A stretch of 64,000 nucleotides of DNA from an uncultured Anaerolineaceae bacterium (GTDB lineage: Bacteria; Chloroflexota; Dehalococcoidia; Tepidiformales; Tepidiformaceae), in the NCBI GenBank assembly GCA_964438865.1, contig CAYTMI010000015.1, positions 1 to 64,000 on the forward strand, read 5' to 3'. This document shows, piece by piece, positions 11,288 through 20,359 of the stretch. The first letter of the stretch is position 1. Every line of letters starts with the position of its first letter. Under the pieces are notes generated by a model that was not told the DNA's origin, did not search any database, and saw only the letters and a program-made list of their open reading frames with translations. Made by a program: the position numbers and the translations under genes.

Positions 11288-12060
11288 TGGCGGTGAAACT
11301 GAAGTCAGCGGACGAAGTCCGGCGGATGCGAGCGGCCGGGCAGTTGGTGGGGCAGACGCTCGCGCAGGTCCGGGAGATGGTGCGTCCCGGGCTCAACCTC
11401 CTGGAGGTTGAGCGATTCGTCCGCGAGGAGTTTAGACGCCAGGGTGCCGACGAGACGTTCCGCCGCTACACGCCCGACCCGAAGCGTTTTCCGCCCTATC
11501 CGTCGAACATCTGCATCAGTGTGAACGAGCAGCTCGTGCACGGGATCCCGCGAGACCGTAAGCTGGAAGACGGCGACATCGTCAGCTTCGATTTGGGAGC
11601 GACGAAAGACGGTTTCGTCGGCGATGCCGCCATCACGGTGGGCGTTGGCCGGATAACCCCGGAAGCTGAGCGGCTGATACAGGTCACGGAGGAAGCCCTC
11701 TGGGCCGGCATCCACGCTGCCAGGACGGGGACGCACCTTAACGATATTTGCGGCGCCATCGAAGACGTCGCTGTCGCGGCCGGGTTCGGCATCGTCCGCG
11801 GCTACGGCGGCCACGGCGTCGGTCGCGAAATGCACGAAGAGCCCCACGTGCCGAACCACCGCATCCGTTTTCGCGGGCAACCGCTACGGACGGGGCTGGT
11901 GCTGGCGCTGGAGCCCATGTTCACGTTGGGCAGCCCGGAGGTCGGCGAGATGGACGACCGCTGGACTGTAAGCACGAAGGACGGTAGCCTTTGCTGTCAT
12001 TTCGAGCATACCATCGCAATCAAGGAGGGGTGTCAGCCTGAAGTGCTTACCCTCGCCTAG
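11287..12060 (+). CDS. map: Methionine aminopeptidase type I
   Basis: 257 aa; conserved pita-bread fold metal-ligand positions (D..D, H, E, E context); sits between adk and infA. Confidence 0.92.
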   Translation: MAVKLKSADEVRRMRAAGQLVGQTLAQVREMVRPGLNLLEVERFVREEFRRQGADETFRRYTPDPKRFPPYPSNICISVNEQLVHGIPRDRKLEDGDIVSFDLGATKDGFVGDAAITVGVGRITPEAERLIQVTEEALWAGIHAARTGTHLNDICGAIEDVAVAAGFGIVRGYGGHGVGREMHEEPHVPNHRIRFRGQPLRTGLVLALEPMFTLGSPEVGEMDDRWTVSTKDGSLCCHFEHTIAIKEGCQPEVLTLA

Positions 12061-12080
12061 GAATCTTCGAAGAAGGGTGT

Positions 12081-12299
12081 ATGGCGAAGAAGGACGCGAT
12101 CGAAGTCGAAGGAGTTGTCACTGAGCCGCTGCCGAACGCAATGTTCAAGGTGGCACTGGCGAACGGGCACGAAGTGTTCGCGCACGTGAGCGGCAAGATC
12201 CGGATGAACTTCATCAAAATCCTTCCAGGGGACCGGGTGCTGGTCGAACTTTCCCCGTACGACCTGACGCGCGGCCGCATCACCTACCGTTTCAAGTAA
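12081..12299 (+). CDS. infA: Translation initiation factor IF-1
   Basis: 72 aa, [51 protein letters not shown], near-identical to IF-1 consensus. Confidence 0.96.
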   Translation: MAKKDAIEVEGVVTEPLPNAMFKVALANGHEVFAHVSGKIRMNFIKILPGDRVLVELSPYDLTRGRITYRFK

Positions 12300-12326
12300 C
12301 CGGCCCCCCAGCCATCCAGGAGAATC

Positions 12327-12440
12327 ATGAAGGTCCGAGCTTCCGTTAAGCCACGCTGCGACAAGTGCAAGGTCATCCGCCGGCATGGTCGCGTGATGGT
12401 TATTTGTGAGAACCCAAAGCATAAGCAGCGGCAGGGATAG
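12327..12440 (+). CDS. rpmJ: 50S ribosomal protein L36
   Basis: Absent from the six-frame track because it is shorter than the ORF cut-off. ATG at 12327 preceded by AGGAGA; 37 aa, [37 protein letters not shown], the classic zinc-ribbon L36. Confidence 0.93.
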   Translation: MKVRASVKPRCDKCKVIRRHGRVMVICENPKHKQRQG

Positions 12441-12442
12441 CC

Positions 12443-12823
12443 ATGGCAAGAATTTCCGGCGTCGACATTCCGAACGACAAGCGCATTGAAGTCGCGCTCA
12501 CCTACATCTTCGGCATCGGGCTGACCCGTTCCCAGGCGATCCTCGCCGGGACGAACATCAGCCCGGACCGGAAGGCGCGCGAGCTCACGGACGAAGAGGT
12601 CATCCGCGTCCGCGACTTCATTGACAAGAACTACATGGTGGAAGGGGACCTCCGTCGGGAGGTCCGCCAGAACATCAGCCGGTTGATCGAGATCAACTGT
12701 TACCGCGGCCAGCGGCACCGGCGGAACCTGCCGGTCCACGGCCAGCGCACGCGGACCAATGCGCGCCAGAAGCGTGGCGCGCGCAAGACTGTGGCTGGCA
12801 AGCGCCGGGCCGGGAAGAAGTAA
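12443..12823 (+). CDS. rpsM: 30S ribosomal protein S13
   Basis: 126 aa, [26 protein letters not shown]... Confidence 0.96.
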   Translation: MARISGVDIPNDKRIEVALTYIFGIGLTRSQAILAGTNISPDRKARELTDEEVIRVRDFIDKNYMVEGDLRREVRQNISRLIEINCYRGQRHRRNLPVHGQRTRTNARQKRGARKTVAGKRRAGKK

Positions 12824-12840
12824 AGAGGGGTAGCTGAACC

Positions 12841-13254
12841 ATGGCTGATGCGAAGAAGGGAGCCGCGGCGGCTGCCGCCCGCCGGCAGCGGCGGCGCGAA
12901 CGAAAGTCCGTGCCGCGCGGCAAGGCGTTCATCAAGAGCACCTTCAACAACACGCTCGTGACCTTGACGGACCCGAACGGGAACGTGATTTCGTGGGCGA
13001 GTGCTGGTGGGTCCGGCTTCAAGGGTTCGCGTAAGAGCACGCCCTTCGCCGCCCAGATGGCCGGGGAAAAGGCTGCTCGCGCGGCCATGGACCACGGCAT
13101 GCAAATGGTCGAAGTCTATGTCCGTGGCGCCGGCAGTGGCCGGGAAGCCGCGATCCGTTCGCTCCAGGCCGCCGGCATGACGGTGACCGCAATCCGAGAC
13201 GTTACCCCAATCCCCCACAACGGCTGCCGCGCTCCCAAGCGGCGGCGGGTGTAG
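12841..13254 (+). CDS. rpsK: 30S ribosomal protein S11
   Basis: 137 aa; [27 protein letters not shown]...[17 protein letters not shown]. Confidence 0.95.
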   Translation: MADAKKGAAAAAARRQRRRERKSVPRGKAFIKSTFNNTLVTLTDPNGNVISWASAGGSGFKGSRKSTPFAAQMAGEKAARAAMDHGMQMVEVYVRGAGSGREAAIRSLQAAGMTVTAIRDVTPIPHNGCRAPKRRRV

Positions 13255-13269
13255 GAGCACAAGCGCGCT

Positions 13270-13899
13270 ATGGCACGTTACACAGGTCCAGTTTGCCGGC
13301 TTTGCCGCCGCCACGGCGAAAAGCTCTTCCTCAAGGGAGAGCGCTGCTTCAAGCCCAAGTGCAGCTTCGAACGGCGCCCGAACCCGCCGGGGCCCCGGCC
13401 TACTCGCCGCCGCAAGGTGAGCGACCGTGGCCTCCAGCTCCGCGAAAAGCAGCGCGCCCGCGTTGCTTACGGGGTGCTCGAAAAGCAGTTCGTCCGCTAC
13501 TACAAGGAAGCGATCCGGCGCCCCGGCGTCTCCGGCGAAAACCTCGTCCGGCTGCTGGAGACACGGCTCGACAACATCGTCTACCGGCTTGGCTTCGCCG
13601 ATTCCCGGAGCCAGGCTCGCCAGATCGTCCGCCACGGCATCATCGCCGTCGACGACCGCAAGCTCGATGTGCCCTCCGCCCACCTCAAGGAGGGCGAGAC
13701 CGTGGGATTCACTCCCCGCGGCCTGCGCAGCGAGTACTACAAGATCGTCCAGGAAAACATCAAGTCGAAGAACGTCCCGTCGTGGCTCACCCTCGACGTG
13801 GCGGCCATGAAGGGGCGCGTCAGCGGCATGCCGACAGTCGCCCAGGGCGAAACGCACCTCTTCAACGAAAACGTCATCATCGAGTACTACTCGCGCTAG
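13270..13899 (+). CDS. rpsD: 30S ribosomal protein S4 (zinc-finger type)
   Basis: 209 aa; MARYTGPVCRLCRR.GEKLFLKGERC.. N-terminal Cys4; S4 RNA-binding domain. Confidence 0.95.
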   Translation: MARYTGPVCRLCRRHGEKLFLKGERCFKPKCSFERRPNPPGPRPTRRRKVSDRGLQLREKQRARVAYGVLEKQFVRYYKEAIRRPGVSGENLVRLLETRLDNIVYRLGFADSRSQARQIVRHGIIAVDDRKLDVPSAHLKEGETVGFTPRGLRSEYYKIVQENIKSKNVPSWLTLDVAAMKGRVSGMPTVAQGETHLFNENVIIEYYSR

Positions 13900-13937
13900 C
13901 CGGCGTCCCAACCAGGCACTGAGGGCAATAACCGAAC

Positions 13938-15113
13938 ATGATGGATTCCATGGAGTTGATCGGGCAGACGGCTGACAACGTCAACCCGGAGCTCACCGTC
14001 GAAGACGAGACCGAGTCCTACGCGCGCCTCATCGCAGAGCCGCTGGAGGCGGGCTACGGCATTACCCTGGGCAACGCCCTGCGCCGTGTCCTCCTCAGCT
14101 CGCTCGAAGGTGCGGCCGTTACGTCCGTCCGCATTGAGCAGGTACAGCACGAGTTCTCCACGATCCCCGGCATGCAGGAGGATTCCACCGACTTCCTCCT
14201 GAACGTGAAGGAGATCCGCCTGCGCGCGCTCAGCAACCGCAGCGGGACACTTTCCCTGGATGCCCAGGGCCCCGGAGAAGTTCGTGCTCGCGACATCATG
14301 GTCCCCGCGGACTTCGAGATCGCGAACCCAGACCTGCACCTGGCCACGCTCGATAGCGCCACCGCCCGCCTGAACGTTGAGTTCAACGCGAGCATCGGCA
14401 AGGGCTATCAGCCGGCCGGAAGCGTTGAAGGGATGCCTATCGGCGTCATCCCCGTCGACTCAATCTTCACGCCCGTGCGGAAGGTGAACTACAAGGTCGA
14501 AAAGACCCGCGTTGGCCAGTCGACCGACTTCGACCGCCTGGTGCTTGAAGTCTGGACCGACGGCACCATCTCCGCGGTCGACGCGGTGAGCCAGAGCGCC
14601 GACATCCTCATGGACCAGTTCGCGCTGTTCAGCAGCATGGGCCGGCCGATAGCCCTCGGCGGCGGCGGTGGTGGAGCCAGCTCCACTCCTGTCGGGATGG
14701 CCCTGGCGCCAGACCGCTACAACACGCCGATCGAGGACCTCCAGCTTTCCGTCCGGGCCTACAACTGCCTCAAGCGGAGCGGCCTGATGACGGTCGGGCA
14801 GGTGCTCGAAAAGAACGAAGACGAACTCCTGGGGCTGCGGAACTTTGGCCGCAAGTCATACGACGAGCTTCGCGACAAGCTCATCGAACTCGGCTATGTC
14901 GATGGGGAAGCGGAAGGCCTGCAGCCTATCGTCGAACCGCGCGGTGGCCTCGCGACTGCCCGGCGCCCACGCCAGGCCCCGGCCCGCGCCAGCAAGGTGA
15001 TCCTCGACGAAGAAGACGAGGAAGAGAGTCTCGGCGCCCTCGGCAAGGCGCTCAAGGAAGCACTGAAGGAAGTTGGCGACGACGATCTGCTCGGCGCCGA
15101 CGACGAGGATTAA
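13938..15113 (+). CDS. rpoA: DNA-directed RNA polymerase subunit alpha (long acidic C-terminal tail)
   Basis: 391 aa; NTD motifs (GYGITLGNALRRVLLSS) and alpha-CTD (LSVRAYNCLKRSGLMTVGQVL), followed by a 60-70 aa extension rich in Glu, Asp and Ala. Confidence 0.93.
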   Translation: MMDSMELIGQTADNVNPELTVEDETESYARLIAEPLEAGYGITLGNALRRVLLSSLEGAAVTSVRIEQVQHEFSTIPGMQEDSTDFLLNVKEIRLRALSNRSGTLSLDAQGPGEVRARDIMVPADFEIANPDLHLATLDSATARLNVEFNASIGKGYQPAGSVEGMPIGVIPVDSIFTPVRKVNYKVEKTRVGQSTDFDRLVLEVWTDGTISAVDAVSQSADILMDQFALFSSMGRPIALGGGGGGASSTPVGMALAPDRYNTPIEDLQLSVRAYNCLKRSGLMTVGQVLEKNEDELLGLRNFGRKSYDELRDKLIELGYVDGEAEGLQPIVEPRGGLATARRPRQAPARASKVILDEEDEEESLGALGKALKEALKEVGDDDLLGADDED

Positions 15114-15116
15114 CCC

Positions 15117-15683
15117 ATGCGACACCGCCTGGCCGGCCGCCATCTTGGCCGCGACACTGCCCACCGCACCGCCCTCTACCGCAACCTCGTGACGGACCTG
15201 CTCCGTTACGAGCGGATCACCACGACCGAGGCGAAGGCGAAGGAAATCCGCCCCATGGCGGAGAAGATTATCACCCTCGCCCGGCGCGGCGACCTGCACT
15301 CGCGGCGGCTGGCCCTGCGCGTGGTTTACGACGAGCGGGTGGTGAAGAAGGCCTTCGATGTGATTGGCCCGCGGATGAAGGATCGCCCGGGAGGCTACCT
15401 GCGCATCACCGGCATCGAACCCCGCAAGGGCGACGGTGCGCGGATGGCCGCGATCGAACTTGTCGACTACGTGGATGCCCCCCCGACGCCTCGGCCTCAC
15501 CGGGTGACGGCGGCCCCCTCGGCCCCTGCACCGGTTGCCGCGGCGCCCGTGGCGCCCGCCGAAGAAGTGACGGACGAGCCCGTGGCCGAAGTCGGCGACG
15601 AGGCAGAAGTGTCAGAGATCGAGATCACCCCCGAAGAGGCCGCGGAAGAAGCGACCGAGGAGCAGACGGAGGGAGATGCCTGA
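15117..15683 (+). CDS. rplQ: 50S ribosomal protein L17 (about 65-aa Ala/Pro/Glu-rich C-terminal extension)
   Basis: 188 aa; MRHRLAGRHLGRDTAHR.ALYRNLVT.L.. L17 N-terminus, then a low-complexity tail. Confidence 0.93.
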   Translation: MRHRLAGRHLGRDTAHRTALYRNLVTDLLRYERITTTEAKAKEIRPMAEKIITLARRGDLHSRRLALRVVYDERVVKKAFDVIGPRMKDRPGGYLRITGIEPRKGDGARMAAIELVDYVDAPPTPRPHRVTAAPSAPAPVAAAPVAPAEEVTDEPVAEVGDEAEVSEIEITPEEAAEEATEEQTEGDA

Positions 15684-16446
15684 CGAGGTGGCCGCGATTC
15701 GTTTCGCGGCAACCGTGAGCTACGACGGGACGGGCTTTGCCGGCTCTCAACGGCAGGCGAACGCACGGACCGTCCAGCAGGAGCTGGAAACCGCGGCGGC
15801 GGCCCTTTTCGGGCAGCCAACCCGCGTTGCGATGGCGGGGCGCACCGATAGCGGTGTCCACGCCATTGGCCAGGTAGCTGCCTTCAGCGCGGAGACGCGG
15901 CTGGCGGCGGCGACGGTGGGCCGGGCGCTCAACGCCCACCTGCCCGAAGATGTAGCGGTACGCGATGTCCGCCCGGTGGATGGGGGATTCGACCCTCGCC
16001 GCCAGGCGCGACGGCGCTGGTATCGCTACACCGTGTACAACCGAAAAGAGCGCGCGCCGCTGTTGCGCCGCACCGCATGGCAGGTTGAGGGAGACCTCGA
16101 CCTGCCGCGGATGGACGAAGCGGCGGGCGAGCTGGTGGGCCGGCGGGACTTCATGGCCTGCTCTGGTCCCCTGGAAGACGGCAGGACTTCGGTCCGGTCC
16201 GTTTTCAATGCAGGGTGGCGCCGCGAAGGCTGCGCTCTCCTGTTCGACATCGAGGCGGACGCGTTTCTGCCGCAGATGGTCCGGCGTCTTGCCGGTGCCA
16301 TGGTGCGGCTGGGGCGCGGAGGCCTGGCGAAGGAGGAATTCGTCCGCCTGCTCTTGCAGGCCGAGCCGGGAAGCATGGGCCCCACGGCCCCGCCCCACGG
16401 TCTCTGCCTGCAGCGCGTGTGGTACGACGAGGGATACGCACCATGA
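15676..16446 (+). CDS. truA: tRNA pseudouridine(38-40) synthase TruA
   Basis: 256 aa; GTGFAGSQRQ and GRTDSGVHA catalytic-Asp motif; overlaps the rplQ stop by 8 bp. Confidence 0.9.
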   Translation: MPDEVAAIRFAATVSYDGTGFAGSQRQANARTVQQELETAAAALFGQPTRVAMAGRTDSGVHAIGQVAAFSAETRLAAATVGRALNAHLPEDVAVRDVRPVDGGFDPRRQARRRWYRYTVYNRKERAPLLRRTAWQVEGDLDLPRMDEAAGELVGRRDFMACSGPLEDGRTSVRSVFNAGWRREGCALLFDIEADAFLPQMVRRLAGAMVRLGRGGLAKEEFVRLLLQAEPGSMGPTAPPHGLCLQRVWYDEGYAP

Positions 16447-17237
16447 CTACGACTGTCCGCATGAAGGCGTCGCAAATCTACAAGGACTGGCACGTCATCG
16501 ACGCGGCCGGCCGGCCGCTTGGCCGCGTGGCGACGGAAGCCGCCACCTTGCTCCGGGGCAAGCACAAGCCCACCTACGAACCGCACCTCGACGACGGTGA
16601 CTTTGTCATTATCATCAACGCGTCGCAGGTGAAGGTGACGGGCCGCAAGGCTGCTCAGAACAAGTACTACACGCACTCCGGGTATCCCGGCGGGCTTCAC
16701 ACGCGCTCCTACGCCGTCCAGCTCGAAAAGTTCCCCGAGCGCGTGTTGGAACAGGCCGTCTGGGGCATGCTCCCGCAGGGGCCGCTGGCCGAAGCGATGA
16801 TGAACCACCTGAAGGTCTACAAGGGCTCGAATCACCCCCACCAGTCCCAGGTCACCGGCTCGGAGCGCGCCCGCCAGGCTCGCGAAGCCGCCCCGGCGGC
16901 GGCGACGAAGCCACCCCCCCGCCTCCGTCCGTTGACGGCGGTGGGGGTTGTGACCGCGCCGGAACCGGCGCCTGTGTTGGCGATCCCCAAGCCCCCGACG
17001 GCCAAGGCCGAACCGGTGGTGGCAGTGCCCGAACCGGTTGTGGCCGAAGCCCCGCCCGCCGTGGAGCCTGTGGCCGTGGAGCCTGTCGCCGAGGTCGCGG
17101 AAGCCCCGAAGAAGCGCGCACCCCGCAAGAAGGCCGAAGCAGCCGCTCCAGAGGTGGTCGCCGAGGTGCCCGCAACCGAACCAACCGAGACGAAGAAGCC
17201 CGCCCGCCGCCGTGCCGCGGCAAAAACGGAGGAATAG
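16443..17237 (+). CDS. rplM: 50S ribosomal protein L13 with about 120-aa low-complexity C-terminal extension
   Basis: ATG at 16443 overlaps the truA stop (ATGA). The first 145 aa or so are canonical L13 (HVIDAAGRPLGRVAT..A..LRGKHKPTY.PH.D.GDFV...NA). The frame then continues uninterrupted through an Ala/Pro/Val/Glu-rich tail (EPVVAVPEPVVAEAPPAVEPVAVEPVAE...KKRAPRKKAEAA) to 17237, 3 bp before rpsI. Confidence 0.85.
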   Translation: MTTTVRMKASQIYKDWHVIDAAGRPLGRVATEAATLLRGKHKPTYEPHLDDGDFVIIINASQVKVTGRKAAQNKYYTHSGYPGGLHTRSYAVQLEKFPERVLEQAVWGMLPQGPLAEAMMNHLKVYKGSNHPHQSQVTGSERARQAREAAPAAATKPPPRLRPLTAVGVVTAPEPAPVLAIPKPPTAKAEPVVAVPEPVVAEAPPAVEPVAVEPVAEVAEAPKKRAPRKKAEAAAPEVVAEVPATEPTETKKPARRRAAAKTEE

Positions 17238-17240
17238 GCC

Positions 17241-17639
17241 ATGGCCGACCAGCAGTACTTCTACGGGACGGGACGGCGGAAGACCTCCGTCGCGCGCGTC
17301 CGCCTCTACCCGGGGAACGGCGCCATCGTTATCAACGGGAAGCCGTTCGAGGAAGTGTTCTCTCGCGACGTCCACCGCGCGGAAGTCACGTCGCCTCTGC
17401 GGCGCCTCGGCCGCGAGACGCGGTACAGCGCCCAGATCAAGTGCGATGGCGGCGGGATCACCGGCTGGGCCGGCGCTATCCAGATGGGGATCGCCCGTGC
17501 CCTCGTCGCCTCGGATGAATCGCTCAAGCCCACGCTGAAGCGCGGCGAAAACCTCCTGACCCGTGACCCTCGCGAGAAGGAACGGAAGAAGGCAGGTCTC
17601 AAGCGGGCCCGCAAGGCACCTCAGTTCACCAAGCGCTAG
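17241..17639 (+). CDS. rpsI: 30S ribosomal protein S9
   Basis: 132 aa; ends ...KRARKAPQFTKR, the canonical S9 C-terminus. Confidence 0.95.
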   Translation: MADQQYFYGTGRRKTSVARVRLYPGNGAIVINGKPFEEVFSRDVHRAEVTSPLRRLGRETRYSAQIKCDGGGITGWAGAIQMGIARALVASDESLKPTLKRGENLLTRDPREKERKKAGLKRARKAPQFTKR

Positions 17640-17668
17640 TCAGCGCCGCCTGGCTGCTGTCCACGCCC

Positions 17669-17706
17669 ACAGCGAGAGGCCCCTCCCCGGAGGGGCCTCT
17701 CGCTGT
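17669..17706 (+). terminator. Perfect 18-bp-arm GC-rich hairpin downstream of rpsI (probable intrinsic terminator without a U-tract)
   Basis: acagcgagaggcccctcc/ccgg/aggggcctctcgctgt, 30 nt after the rpsI stop. No T-run follows. Confidence 0.5.
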
Positions 17707-17799
17707 GTCTGCCACCTGGCGGATGCGACGGGCCCGGCCGATGCGGGTATGCTCGAATCCCGCGGCCCCACCGCCGCACTGCACCAGAGGAGCGCAAGA

Positions 17800-18819
<1,020 letters not shown>

Positions 18820-20253
18820 GTGGCCCGGCAGGGACTTGCGCAAGGTGCCGCAAACCCGCTGCTGGTCGTGCCAGGGGCACCAGGACTGGATGGCGGGCCC
18901 GCCGGTGACGCGCCAAGTGGCTCGGTCTGGGGAGAACAGCGCGCGCTGACCGCGGGCCTCCTGATGGCCGTCACGCTCGTGGCCTTCGAAGCGCTCGCCG
19001 TGGCGACCATCCTCCCGGAGGCCCAGCGCGACCTCGGGGGACTCCGTCTCTATGGATGGGCGTTCAGCGGCTTTCTCCTCGCCAGCCTTGTCGGCATCGT
19101 CTGGTCCGGCGAACTCTGCGATCGGGCCGGGCCGGCGCCGCCGCTGGCTGCCGGGCTCATCCTCTTCGGCGTTGGCCTGCTGGTTGCCGGTCTCGCTCCG
19201 GGAATGGGCGTGCTCGTCGCCGGGAGAGTCGTGCAGGGGCTCGGGGCAGGCTCGGTCCCGGCAGTGGCCTACGTCGCCATCAGTCGCGGCTACGGAGAGC
19301 ACCAACGGCCACGCCTCCTCGCCCTGATGTCGACCGCCTGGGTGGTTCCGGGCCTCGCCGGGCCGGGGATCGCCGGCGTCGTGGCCGAAGCAACCGACTG
19401 GCGTTTCGTGTTCCTTGGGCTTCTCCCGCTGCTGGGCCTGGCCGGTTGGCTCACACTCCCCGCCTTGCGTGGCCTGGGGCCCCCGCAAGTCCCCGCGGAA
19501 CGCGACGGCGTGCGGACGTGGCGCGCGCTCCAGCTTGCTGGCGGGACCGCCCTGCTCCTCGCCGGCGCCACCTCCGGCTCCATCGTTGCCGGAATTCCGC
19601 TTGCTGTAGCTGGCGCGGTCGCCGCCCTTGACGCGCTGCGAAGGCTGCTCCCGGCCGGGTCGCTGAGGGCGGCCCGGGGACTCCCCTCCGCCGTCGTTGG
19701 CATTGGTGTCCTCAACCTGGCGTTCTTCGGCGCCGACGCCTACATCCCCTATTCCCTCGCCAATCTGCGGGACCAGCCGACCTGGGTCGTGGGCATGGTA
19801 CTGACGCTCGTCACGCTCTCCTGGACTGCGGGCGCGTGGCTGGTGGTGCACCTGGGCACGAGGGTGTCGCGCAGCACCCTCAGGGCCGCCGGCATGCTGA
19901 TCATCGCCGCCGGGATTGGAGGCGTGGCCGTGGCCCTCGCCCCGGATGCACCCGTCGTCCTCCTGACCTCGGTGGCATGGACCATCGGGGGTTTTGGCAT
20001 GGGCATCGCCTATTCATGCTTCTCGCTGGCGGCGCTCGCCCAGCTTCCGCCGGGCGAAGAGGGTGTCGCCGGGTCGGCGCTCAAGCTCTCGGAGTCGCTG
20101 GGCGCCGCCGTAGGCGCCGGGATCGGTGGCGCGCTCATCGCCGCGGGGGAGGCTGCCGGGCGGGATGTGGAGGGTGCGGTCGCGACCTTCGTCGTGATGG
20201 CGGTGGTTGCGGTGGCCGGCGTTGGGCTGAGCGCCAGGTCAGAACCGGGGTAG
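18820..20253 (+). CDS. MFS transporter (start uncertain; alternative ATG at 18964)
   Basis: Multiple hydrophobic TM segments. MFS signature (GELCDRAG-like motif 2, G..D R.G region) and 12-TM layout. Confidence 0.7.
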   Translation: MARQGLAQGAANPLLVVPGAPGLDGGPAGDAPSGSVWGEQRALTAGLLMAVTLVAFEALAVATILPEAQRDLGGLRLYGWAFSGFLLASLVGIVWSGELCDRAGPAPPLAAGLILFGVGLLVAGLAPGMGVLVAGRVVQGLGAGSVPAVAYVAISRGYGEHQRPRLLALMSTAWVVPGLAGPGIAGVVAEATDWRFVFLGLLPLLGLAGWLTLPALRGLGPPQVPAERDGVRTWRALQLAGGTALLLAGATSGSIVAGIPLAVAGAVAALDALRRLLPAGSLRAARGLPSAVVGIGVLNLAFFGADAYIPYSLANLRDQPTWVVGMVLTLVTLSWTAGAWLVVHLGTRVSRSTLRAAGMLIIAAGIGGVAVALAPDAPVVLLTSVAWTIGGFGMGIAYSCFSLAALAQLPPGEEGVAGSALKLSESLGAAVGAGIGGALIAAGEAAGRDVEGAVATFVVMAVVAVAGVGLSARSEPG

Positions 20254-20262
20254 CGACAGCGT

Positions 20263-20280
20263 TATGCCCGACCGGGCATA
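20263..20280 (+). promoter_or_regulatory. 18-bp perfect palindrome TATGCCCG-AC-CGGGCATA between the MFS gene and the AOR gene (terminator or operator candidate)
   Basis: Read directly from the sequence: 8-bp arms with a 2-nt spacer, 10 bp after the MFS stop and about 80 bp upstream of the AOR start. Confidence 0.4.
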
Positions 20281-20359
20281 TTGCAGGGTTTCGCCAATCC
20301 CGTACCATCCTCCCTTACAGCCGCCGCGGAGGAACGCGGCGGAGCAGGAGTGTGTCCCA

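Noticed and set aside
16026-17375. 449-aa minus-strand ORF
   Set aside because: Antisense to truA, rplM and rpsI; Arg/Gly/Pro-rich nonsense translation; high-GC artefact.
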